A stretch of DNA of 63,983 nucleotides, filler included, from Octopus bimaculoides (Eukaryota), in the NCBI RefSeq assembly GCF_001194135.2. It is 7 parts of 5 records of this genome, joined end to end, with 100 filler letters (N's around TTAATTAATTAA, not from the genome) between each part and the next. Parts side by side here need not be neighbours in the genome. Positions count along the whole stretch, not along the records: positions 36,687 to 60,790 come from NC_068982.1; positions 60,891 to 62,717 come from NC_068982.1; positions 62,818 to 63,983 come from NC_068995.1; 4 more parts are not named here. One strand, 5' to 3'. The position numbers and the translations under genes are program-made. The notes beneath the pieces were generated by a model that did no database searches, was not told the origin of the DNA, and was given only the letters and a program-made list of their open reading frames with translations. Shown one piece after another: positions 51,751 to 63,983 of this stretch. The stretch's first letter is position 1; the number at the start of each line of letters is the position of its first letter.

Positions 51751-52139
51751 ATTCATTATATTACTGGTACCTGTTTATTGATACCTTGAAGGTATGGAAG
51801 GAAAACGTACCCATGGAAGGTTTCAACTCAAAAAAATACAAAGAAATATGATGAAATACTGCAGAGTATTTTGTCTGCCTTCCTACCATTTCTTTTGACT
51901 TGGCACAATACCTCAAATTATTTCAGAGAAAAAGGAAAGAGAAGTTTAATCTTTTTCCAAAATGGAATTGTAAACAATATGAAATGACTTTGAGGCCCAA
52001 TTGTTACAGCTGGCACCTGAGGGTCTTCTAAACAGAAGAAATCTAAAAGTAAACAAAGAATTTGGCACATGGCAACAGACTGGCAACAACAGCTGGCTTT
52101 TAAGATGAAAACTAGCTGCTTCAGTTGTGGTTATTCCTA

Positions 52140-52470
52140 TTAGCTCAGTGGATAGAGTGTTGGGCTTAAAATCATGAGGTTGTGAGTTCAATTCCCAGAC
52201 CAGTTTGTGTGTTGTGTTCTTAAGCAAGACACATTGTTCCAGTTCACTCAACTGTAGAAATTAGTTGTGATGTCACTGGTGCCAATCTGTATCAGTATTT
52301 GCCCTTCCTTTGGATAACATTGGTGACATGGAGACGGAAGACTGGCATTCATGGGCAACTGCTGGTCTTCCATAAACAATCTTGCTCAGACTTGTTCCTC
52401 AGAGAGTAATTTTCTAGGTGCAATCCCATGGTCATTCATGACCAAAGTAGGTCTCTACTCTTTACTACTA
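52140..52470 (+). mobile_element. tRNA-derived SINE of a separate family
   Basis: GCTCAGTGGATAGAGTG...GAGTTCAATTCCC (A/B boxes) followed by GTGTTCTTAAGCAAGACAC. Confidence 0.6.
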
Positions 52471-52604
52471 ATTACACATTGTAAAAGGTTGTCCTGGATG
52501 TATTATATCTGAAAATTAAATGTGAAGGTCATGGATTGAATGCCAAGTGGTTATCTTGTAAGAGCGATTTCATGTAAAGCCTCAAGTGAATTTGGTAAAT
52601 GGAA

Positions 52605-52817
52605 AAGGTGGCAAGCTGGCAGAAACGTTAGCATGCCGGGCAAAATGTTTAGCAGCATTTCGTATGTCTTTACATTCTGAGTTCAAATTCCGTCAAGGTT
52701 GACTTTGCCTTTCATCTTTTTGGGGTCAATAAATTAAATACCAGTTGTGTACTGGGTCAATCTAATTGACTGGTCTCTTCTCTCAAAATTTCAGGCCTTG
52801 TTTTAGAGTAGAAAAGA
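52605..52817 (+). mobile_element. SINE family B inserted into a family-A-headed SINE
   Basis: Flanked by the TSD-like pair TTTGGTAAATGGAAA / TCTGGTAGATGGAAA. The host SINE continues to an RTE-like tail at ~53150. Confidence 0.75.
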
Positions 52818-53828
52818 ATCTGGTAGATGGAAACTGAACAAAGTCTGTCATCTCTTAATATGTGTGTATGTATGATTATGTGTGTGTTTATGAGCTTGTA
52901 TCATTTTGTCTTCACATTGTATGCTGCATATACGTTAATATTCATACAAAAACAGTGTCATTTGTTTGAGATTTTCCATGAAATGCCAAGCATTGAGCTG
53001 CTTGTATAACAATGGAAAATATCACCTTTCTTGGAAACAGTCAGGTGTTGGCAACAGGAACAGCATCATGAGGCTGTCTGCCCCAATGAATTTTGACTAT
53101 TCCATGCAAGCAAGGAAAAGTGTACATTTAAACAGCAATGGTGATGGTGATGGTGATGGTAATAGTGGTGGCGGTGGTGGTAGTGGTAGTGGTGGTGGTG
53201 GTGTTTGAATAGTTGTGTCTGTCTTTGTATGCACATACATGTTTTTAATATGTATCTTCTATGTATAAATTTGTGTTAATAAGAAAAAGAAAGCATTATC
53301 CATAATTAGATTTCGTTTAGAACACACTTATTTGTTCTCATCAGTTATAACACACAACTGCATGTGTATACATATATATATATATATATATTTTCTCAGT
53401 ATACTTGATGCCTACATGGTGAATTTTCTGAACAATATTGTACTGAATGCTAATCCTGTATCAGTGAGTCTAGTGGTTGTTTATTTCCAACCTCCTACCC
53501 CCATGCTAAATATGGTTGCATCTTATAATTGCAACACCCAGTCACATTATTATTTAAGTCAACAGCTGTTCAGCCTGACATTGAACTTGTGCTTAATAAT
53601 AACTTGTCTGCTGAAAAAACGATGCTACCACTCTATACAGCAGACACTTATCTAGTGCAGGTATTTATTAATGAATTCATATAGAAATAAAACCCACATA
53701 TCTATTTGTCTCGCTATACATACATACATATGTCCATACATACATACATACATACATACATACATACATACATACATACATACATACATACATACATACA
53801 TACATACGTACGTACATACATACATACA

Positions 53829-53859
<31 letters not shown>

Positions 53860-54379
53860 GTATGTATATACCTGTGTGTGTACATATATATTTTCATCAT
53901 CATAAATGCTTATGATATTATGTATGTATTAGAATTTCAATGTTTTTGAAAGACCAATGTGTGTGTATACGTATATATATGTATATACACACATATATGT
54001 AATGTGAGAAGAATGCATTGCAAATCAAGAATCCACTACAGTGCCCCATGATCTATATGTACTGTATCGTATATTGTACATTCATTCTTGCTTGTGTGTG
54101 TGTGTGTTTCTTAGTGTTGAATCTTTCCAACCACTGCTTGACAGTTGATGTTGGTTTCTTTACATTCCCATGACTTTGCAGTTTGGCAAAAGACACCAAT
54201 AGAATAATTACCAACCCTTAAAAGTAGTAAATGCCCTTCATGATAATGCCCTAGTATGGCCACAGTTCAATGACTGAAACAAAAAAAGACAAAAGGTGTG
54301 TTCTGCAGTAGTTCTTGAGTCACGAATTCACTAATATAGTTATGTATAGTATATAGTATATATAGTCTACAATATATAT

Positions 54380-54449
<70 letters not shown>

Positions 54450-54450
54450 T

Positions 54451-54700
54451 ATCATCATCATCATCATCATCACCACCACCATCATCATTTAATGTCTGCT
54501 TTCCATACTGGCATGGGTTAGATGGCTTGACTGGAACTAGTAAGCCAAAGGACTGCACCAGATTCCAGTCTGAATTTGGCTTGGTTTCTACAGCTGGATG
54601 CCCTTCCTAATGCCAACCACTCTGAGAGTGTAGTGGGTGCCTTTTATGTGTCACCAGCACAGAAGTTCTGTGTCATCAGCACCGGCCACAACTATCATTT
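54451..54700 (-). mobile_element. RTE 3' UTR-type repeat
   Basis: (CAT)n, then TTTAATGTCTGCTTTCCATACTGGCATGGG...GATGCCCTTCCTAATGCCAACCACTC. Confidence 0.8.
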
Positions 54701-55368
54701 CAGTGTTTAAAAAAGATCCCATTATATTTTTATAATTAAATATCATTAGAAATTGTATAAAAATTGTTATATATATATATATATGAATAAAAGATGGGAT
54801 CATCATGTTTGGAATAGTTTTGTGTCAGCTCTATCAAGGCTGACCTGGGAATAAACAGCAACAACTTCATGTGGGAACATTAACTTCTGTTTGGTAATTT
54901 TCTTAAAATTCAAGATGGAAGAGATTAAACTCTTACAAAACAAACAAAGCTGACAGTTAAATTGAGAACATCAGAAGAAATTGTAAAACATAACCCACAA
55001 TCCACTTGAAACCTGAAAATATTGGTACCACTCCAAAAAAGCTGTACTACATTGCTTCACTCTCACTACCTCATAACACCACTTCCCTTTATCATATAAA
55101 ATGCTACAAAATCTCTCCAAACTATCACATGTCAATATTTCGTCTGTCTTTCTCTTTTCCATATAACTATTTAAAACAACTTCAGCTTCTTGGAAACAAC
55201 TTGTTTAAGCTGTGAAATCCACTCACAGCTCACTTTTCCATTAAAGGCTTTTCACACTAATCTTATATAATATGTTGTAAAATATGGTAAAAAAAATATA
55301 TAAAATCAAACATTCTGTCTGATGATTTAAAAGTTCAATTAAAAGCAAGTGGAATTTTTTCCATTTTA

Positions 55369-55545
55369 TAGGTGCTGGTATGGCTGTGTGGTAAACAATT
55401 TTACTTTCGATCCACATAGTTTTGGGTTCAGTCCCACTGTATATATCACATTGGATATGTGTCTTCTACAATCTATAGCTACAGGTTGAACAAAGCTTTG
55501 TGAGTAGATTTGGTAGATGGAAACTGAAAGGAGCCTATCGTTATA
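55369..55545 (+). mobile_element. SINE family A head, decayed
   Basis: GGTATGGCTGTGTGGTAA...GGGTTCAGTCCCACTG...GATTTGGTAGATGGAAACTGAAAG. Confidence 0.75.
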
Positions 55546-55674
55546 TAAATATATATGTGTGTGTGTATACATATATATGTGTGCGTGTGTGTATATATGT
55601 ATATATTTATGTATATATATATATATATGTATATATATGTATATATATATATATGTATATATGTGTGTATATAT

Positions 55675-55726
<52 letters not shown>

Positions 55727-56537
55727 TATACATATTTTATATCCAGCTCTTGCTAGCATGGAAAATGATCGTTAAATGATGATGATGATGATGCTTCAAT
55801 AACAGTTTGACTCCAACATATAGCTTCAACCAAAAGTGTTGAGTACTACATTTTCATTTGTTCACTCACTTTTATATATGATTTTGTGTGTGTATACATG
55901 CATGCATGCATGCGCGCACACACACACAGACACACACACACAACACACGTTTGTGTGTGTATATGTGTCCATATCTTGATATCCCATGATGGTTCTAAAT
56001 GAGCATCACCATCACACAAGCAATATCTTTCATTCCCAGTCTTTAGTGAAAAATATGTCTGACCACCTGCCTCCAAGAATATCTGATCCATGCAAGCATG
56101 GAAACATGGGTGTTGAACTAATGATGATTTCCTTGTACACGCTACTATTATGCTGTTTAACCTCAAATCTGCATTTTGTGAGAAACCTTTGGTTATAAGT
56201 GATCCAGGTTTTGTCATTCTGTACTTTTTCCTGTTTCTTTTTTTTTTGTATTCTAACACTACATTATCCTTCATTTTTTAAAGTCTATTGAGTTTAATTT
56301 GAAAGTGATTTGGATGTTATTGTTACTTCAATCCATCACATGATCAGAGATTTCCTTTTATAAGGATTACCATTATGTTTTAGTATGGCCACAATTTAAT
56401 CCTTGTCTAAAAGAAAAGTAAAATATTTCGGCTGTTTGGTCACACCTATGAAAGTTCAAGGAAATTATTAATTATTTTGAATATTATATTATTTCATTCT
56501 TATGTATTATATATCCCATTCTTGAGTATTATGTATA

Positions 56538-56852
56538 ATTTATCCCCACTTAAATGTGGATGTTCTTTTAGTTCAAACTATACTGCAGTAGTTACCATGA
56601 GAGAAACTTTCATATTGGCTTTTGGTGCAAAATGCACTCTTGTTTATATTACTAATGAGGAGATAAATCCCCCCATCCCCAATCACATGATCTGGGGATC
56701 TTGGTGCTGGAGGTAGTGGGGATTTATCTCCCTGCTAGCACTAGAAACAAATGTACATTTTGCACTAAAATCTGGTATGAAAGTGTCTCTCATAATATCT
56801 ACCGCAGTATAGGTTGTTCTAACAGAATATTCACGTTCAAGTAGGGATAAAT
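56538..56852. mobile_element. Fold-back palindromic element
   Basis: Imperfect ~135-bp arms at ~56538-56672 and ~56718-56852 with a ~45-nt loop (GGAGATAAATCCCC / GGGGATTTATCTCC). Confidence 0.85.
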
Positions 56853-57128
56853 ATTACCTCTTGGTATTAAAACTGTCTTTGTCACTAATAAATATTCTTC
56901 TACCCATCCCTTTCCTGTTCTGCTCTTTTCTTTTTTTTCTTTTTTTTGTGTGTGATAATAGTTTCTTTGTTTCAATCTCCATTCTGCAAGTAATTTCACC
57001 TCTCAAAATATAAAGTTAAATTCTCACATGCAGAGGAAATATTAGGAAGAATTATGGAGCCAGGGAAATAACATGAGGATGATTATTGTTTGTGTGGAAT
57101 TGTTAAAATTTTCTCGTTTGTTTTTCTT

Positions 57129-57165
<37 letters not shown>

Positions 57166-57208
57166 TATTTTCATCAGGAAAGAACGCAGAGCCCATGACC
57201 CTTTAAAG

Positions 57209-57528
57209 CAGGGATCTGTGAACGGGGATAAATTACCCCAAGTAGGGTAAAAATTAAATTTTTGTGGATAATGAGGACTCATTAGACATAAGTGAAACTA
57301 TATAAAAAAACATGTTCCTTCTTATGACAAAAATTTTTTTTTCTGACAATTCTGCATCTGTCCAATGTAATGGATGTGTAAATAGATTCATATAGATTCA
57401 GTGAAATAGATTTAATAAACCTTTTGAATTCCAAGCATCTTTGATTTTCTTCCTTTCAAACCGAGGGGGTAATGTCAGTAAAAATAAATATATTTTGGGG
57501 TAATTGGTTAAAATTTCTCCGACCCCTG
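57209..57528. mobile_element. hAT-type MITE
   Basis: Ends CAGGGATC / GACCCCTG, with an exact 8-bp TSD CTTTAAAG at 57201-57208 and 57529-57536. Confidence 0.85.
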
Positions 57529-58396
57529 CTTTAAAGGGTCTCTGTAATATGTGGGAGGAAGGGAGTGAGAAATCCTCAAACCAAAGATTTGGCCAGAATG
57601 CTTACATCAAAATGGACATCTATTGAAAGGCATTCAAGAGTGCCAGGTGCTGACATTAAAACTAAAAACCAGATTCAGTCTACCATCCTAGTGGGATATT
57701 GCATGATTTGATCTCAGAATGCATAGATCTAAAATAAATACTACAAGGAATCCAGTTTGATGTTCTTATTATATCAACCCTGCAAAATGGATAAAAAAAA
57801 AAAGGTTGTTATAAACAGGCAGGAATAAAAAAGAAAATACTTTGGATATGAATTTGTGACGATTTCTTTTCTTTTTTTTTTTTTGTCCTCAATGAATGAA
57901 GGTTAAAAATACATAGTAATGTTAGTTATCAGGTCAATCATCTAACCCTTGTTTAAGTTCAGCTCATCAGGCAAAGAAATCTTTTAAAAATAGCATGTTG
58001 CTATCCTGTCATTAAGAAAACTGACTGACACAAACCATGTCTGTCCTGCAACTTGTTCAAGCACACATTGGCTTTACTTTACTCTTCAGCAACAATCATT
58101 CCATTCTAACTCTTGGATGTTTGACATTCTTTACAGAATTTGCTTATCTTTCTAAATCCTAATGAAAATATCTAATATACCCATCAAAGGCTACTATATA
58201 AATCGGTTTTATTTCTTTATATATTTTTCTAATCTTAATAAAGATATGTTATGTACCATTAAAAACCATTACAAAATAATAAAAGCAAACTCTATCGTTG
58301 AACTGTTAATCTACATAAGTGTAGAGTTTGAATTAATTGTGGAATATTGTTTGTAAATACTTAACACCATCTATTGTTAACAATACATAGATTATA

Positions 58397-58540
58397 AAGG
58401 GGTGAGCTGGCAGAATCATTAGCATGTTAGACGAAATACTAGCAGCATTTCTTCCGGCTTTATAATCTAGGTTCAAATCCTACTGAGGTCAATGTTGCCT
58501 TTCACCTTTCCAGGATCAATAAAATATGTACAAACTGAAC
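58397..58540 (+). mobile_element. SINE family B, decayed
   Basis: GGTGAGCTGGCAGAATCATTAGCATG...GGTTCAAATCC. Confidence 0.75.
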
Positions 58541-58562
58541 GTTGTGTATATATATGTATATA

Positions 58563-60470
58563 TCTACTACATATGTGGAAAATCAGTGTGTGTTTGTTTG
58601 TGGCATTGTTAACTAACTCCTACATCGTTTTATTGAATTTGATGAAACTTGACACATGAGTATAACTCATATCTGGAAACCTCGTGACATACTTAGATTG
58701 TTGAAAAAATCAATAATACGGCCCCTGGAAGGGATATTTATATCTACCTTCATATAACTATTTTTGTTTTTTAAACACCCAATGGAAATAATCCACAGCA
58801 CCTGCACAATATTTTTTTAAACACTCAAGGGAAATAATCCATAGCACCTGCATTTACAGTTGTTAGTTTTTAGCGAAGCGATCAATATTTGATTCTCACG
58901 GTCAGCAGACCTAATTCTGCATTTCACTACTCACAGTTTTGAACTGCTAAACCTTATTATTGCACTTTCTTGATGTATGTACACTTTCAATACCCATAAC
59001 TTCGATAATTCTGCATTTTTCCAGTTAAAATTTTTCGATGACAGTACATAAATTTTTGATTCCAGAACGTATTTAATAAGAGTGTCCCAATACAATGAGC
59101 TCGTACTTTGAATGCTTAAAATTCTTAAAAAATGAAACCAAACTTCCACACCACATTCAGTTGAGACACCCTGTATTACTTATACTTACTTTAGAAATCA
59201 TAATATTTACTGCTTATTTACAGTTCATAAAACATTTTCATGAAACTAATTGAGTCATCGAATTTTAAAATATTTTACAGGTTTCATTGTTTATGTTCGG
59301 TTACTTTGGATATTGATTTTTTGTATGTCCTATTTCTAACTTTTGCAGACAATATCACTTTTATGCTTTATTTGACATGTGAGTAGAACTCATGTCTGGA
59401 AACCTCATGACATACTTAGATTATTTAAAAAAATTGATAATAGGGCCCTTCCAATGGATCCTTCTATCTACAACATATTACTAATATTTTATTTAAAGAA
59501 GCCAAGGGAAAAACCCATACCACCTGCAATTTTTAGCAGAGTGATCAATATTTGATTCTCCCGATCAGCTGACCTAATTCTGCATTTCACTACGCAGTTT
59601 TGAACTGCTAAACATTATTATTGCACATCCTTGATTTGAATCTTAAACCTTAAAGACTTCATTCATATATTTTTATGCATACATACTTTTTTGAATGCCC
59701 ATTACTCCGATAATTCTGCATTTTTACAGTTAGACTTTTTCCATGAGTGTAAATAAATTTTTTATTCCACAACGTGTTTGTAGTGGCTTCATGCAGGCGT
59801 AGCGTGGATTCAATCCTCGATTGCCAAATTTCACTTAACACTTCAACAGCGCTTTTCTCATGGTAAAACAATAGTTTTCCTGTGAATGACAGCAGTTATA
59901 CATTTCCCAGATGCCTTCACTAAGCAGAATAATGACTTTGCCACTTGACCCTTCTAACCTCTTCTAGGCCAGCAGGGGCTGGAATGGATATAACAGACCT
60001 CCACCGAAATCATTTGTTCTCAACAATGTGTCTATCCTTCTGGCTGATTTTCAATAGTTATAAAAATGAGAACTCCAAAAGCAAGAGGCAGTTACTGCGA
60101 GCGACCACCAGCAAGTGTGAATGTTATTATTGCACTTTCTTCATTTCATTCTTAAACATTAAACACTTCATTCATATATTTATATACATATATACTACAT
60201 TTATATATTATCTTTAATAAATTAGCCTTTGTAATGTTCACCTTTAAAATAGCATGACAAGTCAGAGTACTTTCTCGCCAACCTCCAAAAACCTCATTCA
60301 CCAACCTCCAACAATCTCTCCCTCCTCCAGCTGACAGTTTTTTTGTACATTTTCGTGACAAAAAATACACTTTTCATGGCAGTTATAACGAAACTGCTTT
60401 CTTATATCACAGTAATAAGGCGTTTCAATAGACCATCTTTACCTCTGGAATTACCGGGTATACCAGCTAG
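58563..60470 (+). mobile_element. Non-autonomous Helitron-like element with an internal duplication
   Basis: 5' end A|TCTACTACATA...GTGTTTGTTTGT. 3' hairpin CTGGAATTACCGGGTATACCAG followed by CTAG|T. 58650-59075 is repeated at ~59372-59790. Confidence 0.6.
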
Positions 60471-60567
60471 TATATACATATATGTGTGTGTGTATGTGTG
60501 TATATATATATATATATGGAAAAAAGTCAAGGTAGAAAATGCTAAAATAATTTTATAAAAAACATTT

Positions 60568-60603
60568 CAGTACCAGTTTCAGTCATTGGGACTTCTTCAA
60601 CTG
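60568..60603 (-). ncRNA. Minimal hammerhead-ribozyme-like motif in a probable PLE pseudo-LTR (60530-60740)
   Basis: CAG-TTGAAGA-AGTC-CCAAT-GACT-GAAA-CTGGTA-CTG. Stem I is CAG/CTG, stem II has 4 bp, stem III is 2 bp with a GUA triplet, and the core carries a C3>U change. Confidence 0.55.
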
Positions 60604-60734
60604 TAAGAATGGAAAACAATTACATTTTGGAGAAATTAACTGAAAAGTTTTTTAGAAGAATATTTGCATAGTATTCAAATACAAGGGGCATTTTTCTTGT
60701 TTCTGCCTGTCTCTGTCTCTCTTGTTAACTCCTC

Positions 60735-60781
<47 letters not shown>

Positions 60782-61824
60782 GTATACTTANNNNNNNNNN
60801 NNNNNNNNNNNNNNNNNNNNNNNNNNNNNNNNNNTTAATTAATTAANNNNNNNNNNNNNNNNNNNNNNNNNNNNNNNNNNNNNNNNNNNNAAAATAACTG
60901 ACGGCCATTTAAAAAGAATGAAGGTCATATTGAATGCATTATGTTTGAAAATAAGAGTAGGTGGTCATGGTTGAAACCCCTTTGATCATAGTTCAACTTG
61001 ATGAGGATTAACCTGAAGCTAGACATCATCAGTATCCTTGTATAAATGTAAATAAATTCACATACAAATATAGCCCATTGAATGTTGTTTGTTTTTTCTT
61101 TATAGAAGAATAAATAAATTGTTCCATTTTAACATAACAAGCTCAAGGACATCTATCATCTAATGTGAATGTTTTTTTTTTTGTTAAAACATAATATAGA
61201 AATGGCTAATTCTTTTGTAAATACAATTTTTCTTAATATTTAATTCTCTTTTAATTTCCCTACATATTTTAATTATAATTATCCTGATAAAAAAAAAAGA
61301 AGAGAGAGTTTTACTTAAAATTTTGGTTATACACTCTGAGTTGCAAAGATAATAGTTGATTCTGATATTAGCACAACTACACAAAATAAAAGCAATTCAG
61401 TTGACCAAATTCTTTGCGTGGGCAAGAGTTTACCTTTTCTCCATCTGTTGCTGTTTCCTCGTTGTCATGGAATAATGTGTAGGTGGTGAGCCAAGCACAG
61501 CTAATTTATTATGGCTGTATGATTATTAGAAGCTAGCAAATGCTTGACAGTGCCATTCTTTTAGAAGATATAAATTTATATAGCCTGCACATTAGATTAT
61601 GATTGAGATACCATTTGGTTTACTGCTGAGAAGAATCTATATATTGTTAAAAGGATAAAGTAACCAAATTCATAAAAGAAGACACAAGCCATTTTGATTA
61701 AGCCATTATTTTGCTTTTAAATTACAGTGATTGTATAAGAACTTAACATTAAAATGTTTGAAACAAGTTGTTATTAAGATTATAATTTTTCAGAGAGGCA
61801 CTTTGTCAGAAATTTAAAGTAGTA

Positions 61825-62025
61825 TTAGCTGAGGCATTTGAAGATATGGAAGAAGGAATAAAGATGTATAGCATAGAGGACAACTGGAAGTTCCTGCAGG
61901 CTAGTACAGGGATTCCTGTTGTTCTACAGGCAACAGACCAAATCTGTGATTGATGCTAGGCTCTGACCTAACTGAGGCTGATGTGGTGGTGAAATGGTGA
62001 GGTAGAAAGTGTCATAAATGTGAAG
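61825..62025 (+). mobile_element. RTE-clade LINE internal ORF relic
   Basis: LAEAFEDMEEG...IEDNWKFLQ...LQATDQICD*C...MWW*NGEVESVI matches the EDNW.FL...TDQICGW...TWWWN pattern. Confidence 0.75.
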
Positions 62026-62509
62026 GGATAGGTTCTCAACACCTAGTATAAAGTCACCTCTGTCAGTCTTGCAAGCTACACAATGACATTACCAGAGCTT
62101 GTGTTACATAAAAAAAAAATTTAATCACATAAAACAGTGAAAGGTTTTCTTATGGGTTCAAATACGCCTCAAGCATATTTGAACAGGTAACAAGTTTGTA
62201 TCTATTTTGTAAAGTGGTTAGGAAGGACATCCAAGCATTGGAACATGACACAATCCTTCCACTTGTCAGACCCAGTTGAACTATCATCCAATCCATGCTA
62301 GCGTGGAAAATAAATGTTAAATGATAAGGATAATGACTATCAACTTAATTTTTAAACATGTATAGTTACACTATTTATAACTACACAACTTAATCTTTCT
62401 TAGGTATCATATTCCTAGCTGTATACAATATCTCTGACTGGTTTCAAATGGGAGACTTATATTTCTAGTTCTTAACCGCTAAGAATTTAACTACCTTTAG
62501 TTTAGAAAT

Positions 62510-62670
62510 CAAGGGTGTAGGTCTGTGATTAAGAAGTTCACTCCTCACATGATTTCTTGGGTTCGGTTCCACTACACATTACCTTGGGAAAATGTCTTTT
62601 ATTATAGCATCAGGTCAACCAAACCACCTTGTGAATAGACTGGGTAGATGGAAACTGAAAGGTGTCAATA
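62510..62670 (+). mobile_element. SINE family A head
   Basis: GGGTTCGGTTCCACT...ACCTTGGGAAAATGTCTT...GGTAGATGGAAACTGAAAG. Confidence 0.7.
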
Positions 62671-62685
62671 GTGTGTGTGTGTGTG

Positions 62686-62717
<32 letters not shown>

Positions 62718-63144
62718 NNNNNNNNNNNNNNNNNNNNNNNNNNNNNNNNNNNNNNNNNNNNTTAATTAATTAANNNNNNNNNNNNNNNNNNNNNNNNNNN
62801 NNNNNNNNNNNNNNNNNAATTTGAGCATAAATAGTTTGAGCATAAATAGTTTGCCATAAATAGTTCAGTAGAAAAAAAGTTACATCAAAATACCTTACTA
62901 AGGCAGATATTCATGTTCAATTAACATAGTTTTTTAAAATTTTGAATTAAAAGTATACCTTTCTTAGGCTTAAATAATAGAAAAATGCATGAGGAATTCA
63001 GAATCGCTAGTTGCATTAAACAAAAATTAGCAGAAAAGGAGTTATGAAGTAAAATGTTACGAAATTTCATGTCAGTAAGTAAGGAAGTAACGCTTCAGCA
63101 ATAAGAATAAAGAATATATTTCTAAAATGAATGTTTATTTCCTA

Positions 63145-63235
63145 AGGTGGCGAGCTGGCAGAAATGTTAACGCGCCGGACGAAATGCTTTGCGGTATTTC
63201 GTATGTCTTTACGTTCTTGAGTTAAAATTTTGCCC
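63145..63235 (+). mobile_element. SINE family B head (CpGs retained)
   Basis: GGTGGCGAGCTGGCAGAAATGTTAACGCGCCGGACGAAATGC. Confidence 0.8.
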
Positions 63236-63772
63236 ATCTTCAGTTCAAATCACACGCCTACTGTATGTAATGTCATAGAGTATCCCTAAAAAGATGGTTT
63301 GCTGAAGGCTGGAAGGAATGTCTTTGATGATACTTTTGCAGTATCAGTGGGGTTTATTTGAGGCTAAATAACAACATTATGGTCAATTTCTATATTAACA
63401 CCCGCACGATTTTCACTAAGACAAAAACAAATTGAGTTTTTGTGTGGACTCAAGTACCCTGAACTCCTAATATACTGCAAATCCCTTATTTTGGTTCAGA
63501 AAAAAATGAGGTGGGGGGTCCGCCCCCAATCCCGGAATCATTGGAATTATTATTTTTTTTTCATTGAATGAATTCCTGTGACCTCCTAATATTGCAAAAT
63601 TATGTTACTTAAGGTGAGCCTGGTAACTGATGGTTTTGGGGGTCTTGTTTGTAACTTCTGTTGAGCCATGGTGCAACCAACAACATGGTAAAAATCCCTA
63701 CCATTAATTTGGTGTGGATGGGTAATATCAAATAATTCAATCACAACATATATTTAAATTAAACATGAAAAA

Positions 63773-63851
63773 AAAATTGAAATATTATCATCACTTACAT
63801 GGAAAAATTGAAATATTATCATCACTTACATGGAAAAATTGAAATATTATC
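63773..63851 (+). repeat. 31-bp tandem repeat, ~2.5 copies
   Basis: AAATATTATC recurs at 63780, 63811 and 63842. Confidence 0.9.
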
Positions 63852-63983
63852 TTTCAGTATTTTATAAGGTAAAATCTTAAATTATTAATTGACACATTAT
63901 TAATTATCTTATAACAGCAATGCCTGGAAAAATCATGGATTATATGGAAAAATACGAGCATGAAAAGTAATATTCTTAAGATT

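Overview
AT-rich, repeat-dominated animal nuclear DNA from a gapped assembly. The SINE and LINE families present suggest an octopus/coleoid cephalopod genome (inference). I could not identify an intact host gene. Nearly all ORFs in the supplied track are microsatellite or N-run artefacts, or antisense readings of transposon relics. The sequence supports: three Penelope-like element (PLE) relics (two different GIY-YIG endonucleases and one RT fragment) with associated hammerhead-ribozyme-like motifs; RTE and R4/Dong-like LINE relics; several mariner/Tc1 and Tigger/pogo transposase fragments; hAT, piggyBac-type and fold-back MITEs; non-autonomous Helitron-like elements; and many tRNA-derived SINE copies. 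Six artificial 100-bp scaffold linkers (N44-TTAATTAATTAA-N44) are present. The most interesting observations are hammerhead motifs at 2169-2231 and 60568-60603, a possible hammerhead-half homology in the 3' tail of the commonest SINE, a PLE endonuclease with a ~120-codon in-frame GIY-YIG spacer, a perfect 56-bp inverted repeat at 12592-12734, and a CpG-depleted domain (~36.7-62.7 kb) suggesting a methylated gene body. Most repeat boundaries are approximate and were aligned by eye.
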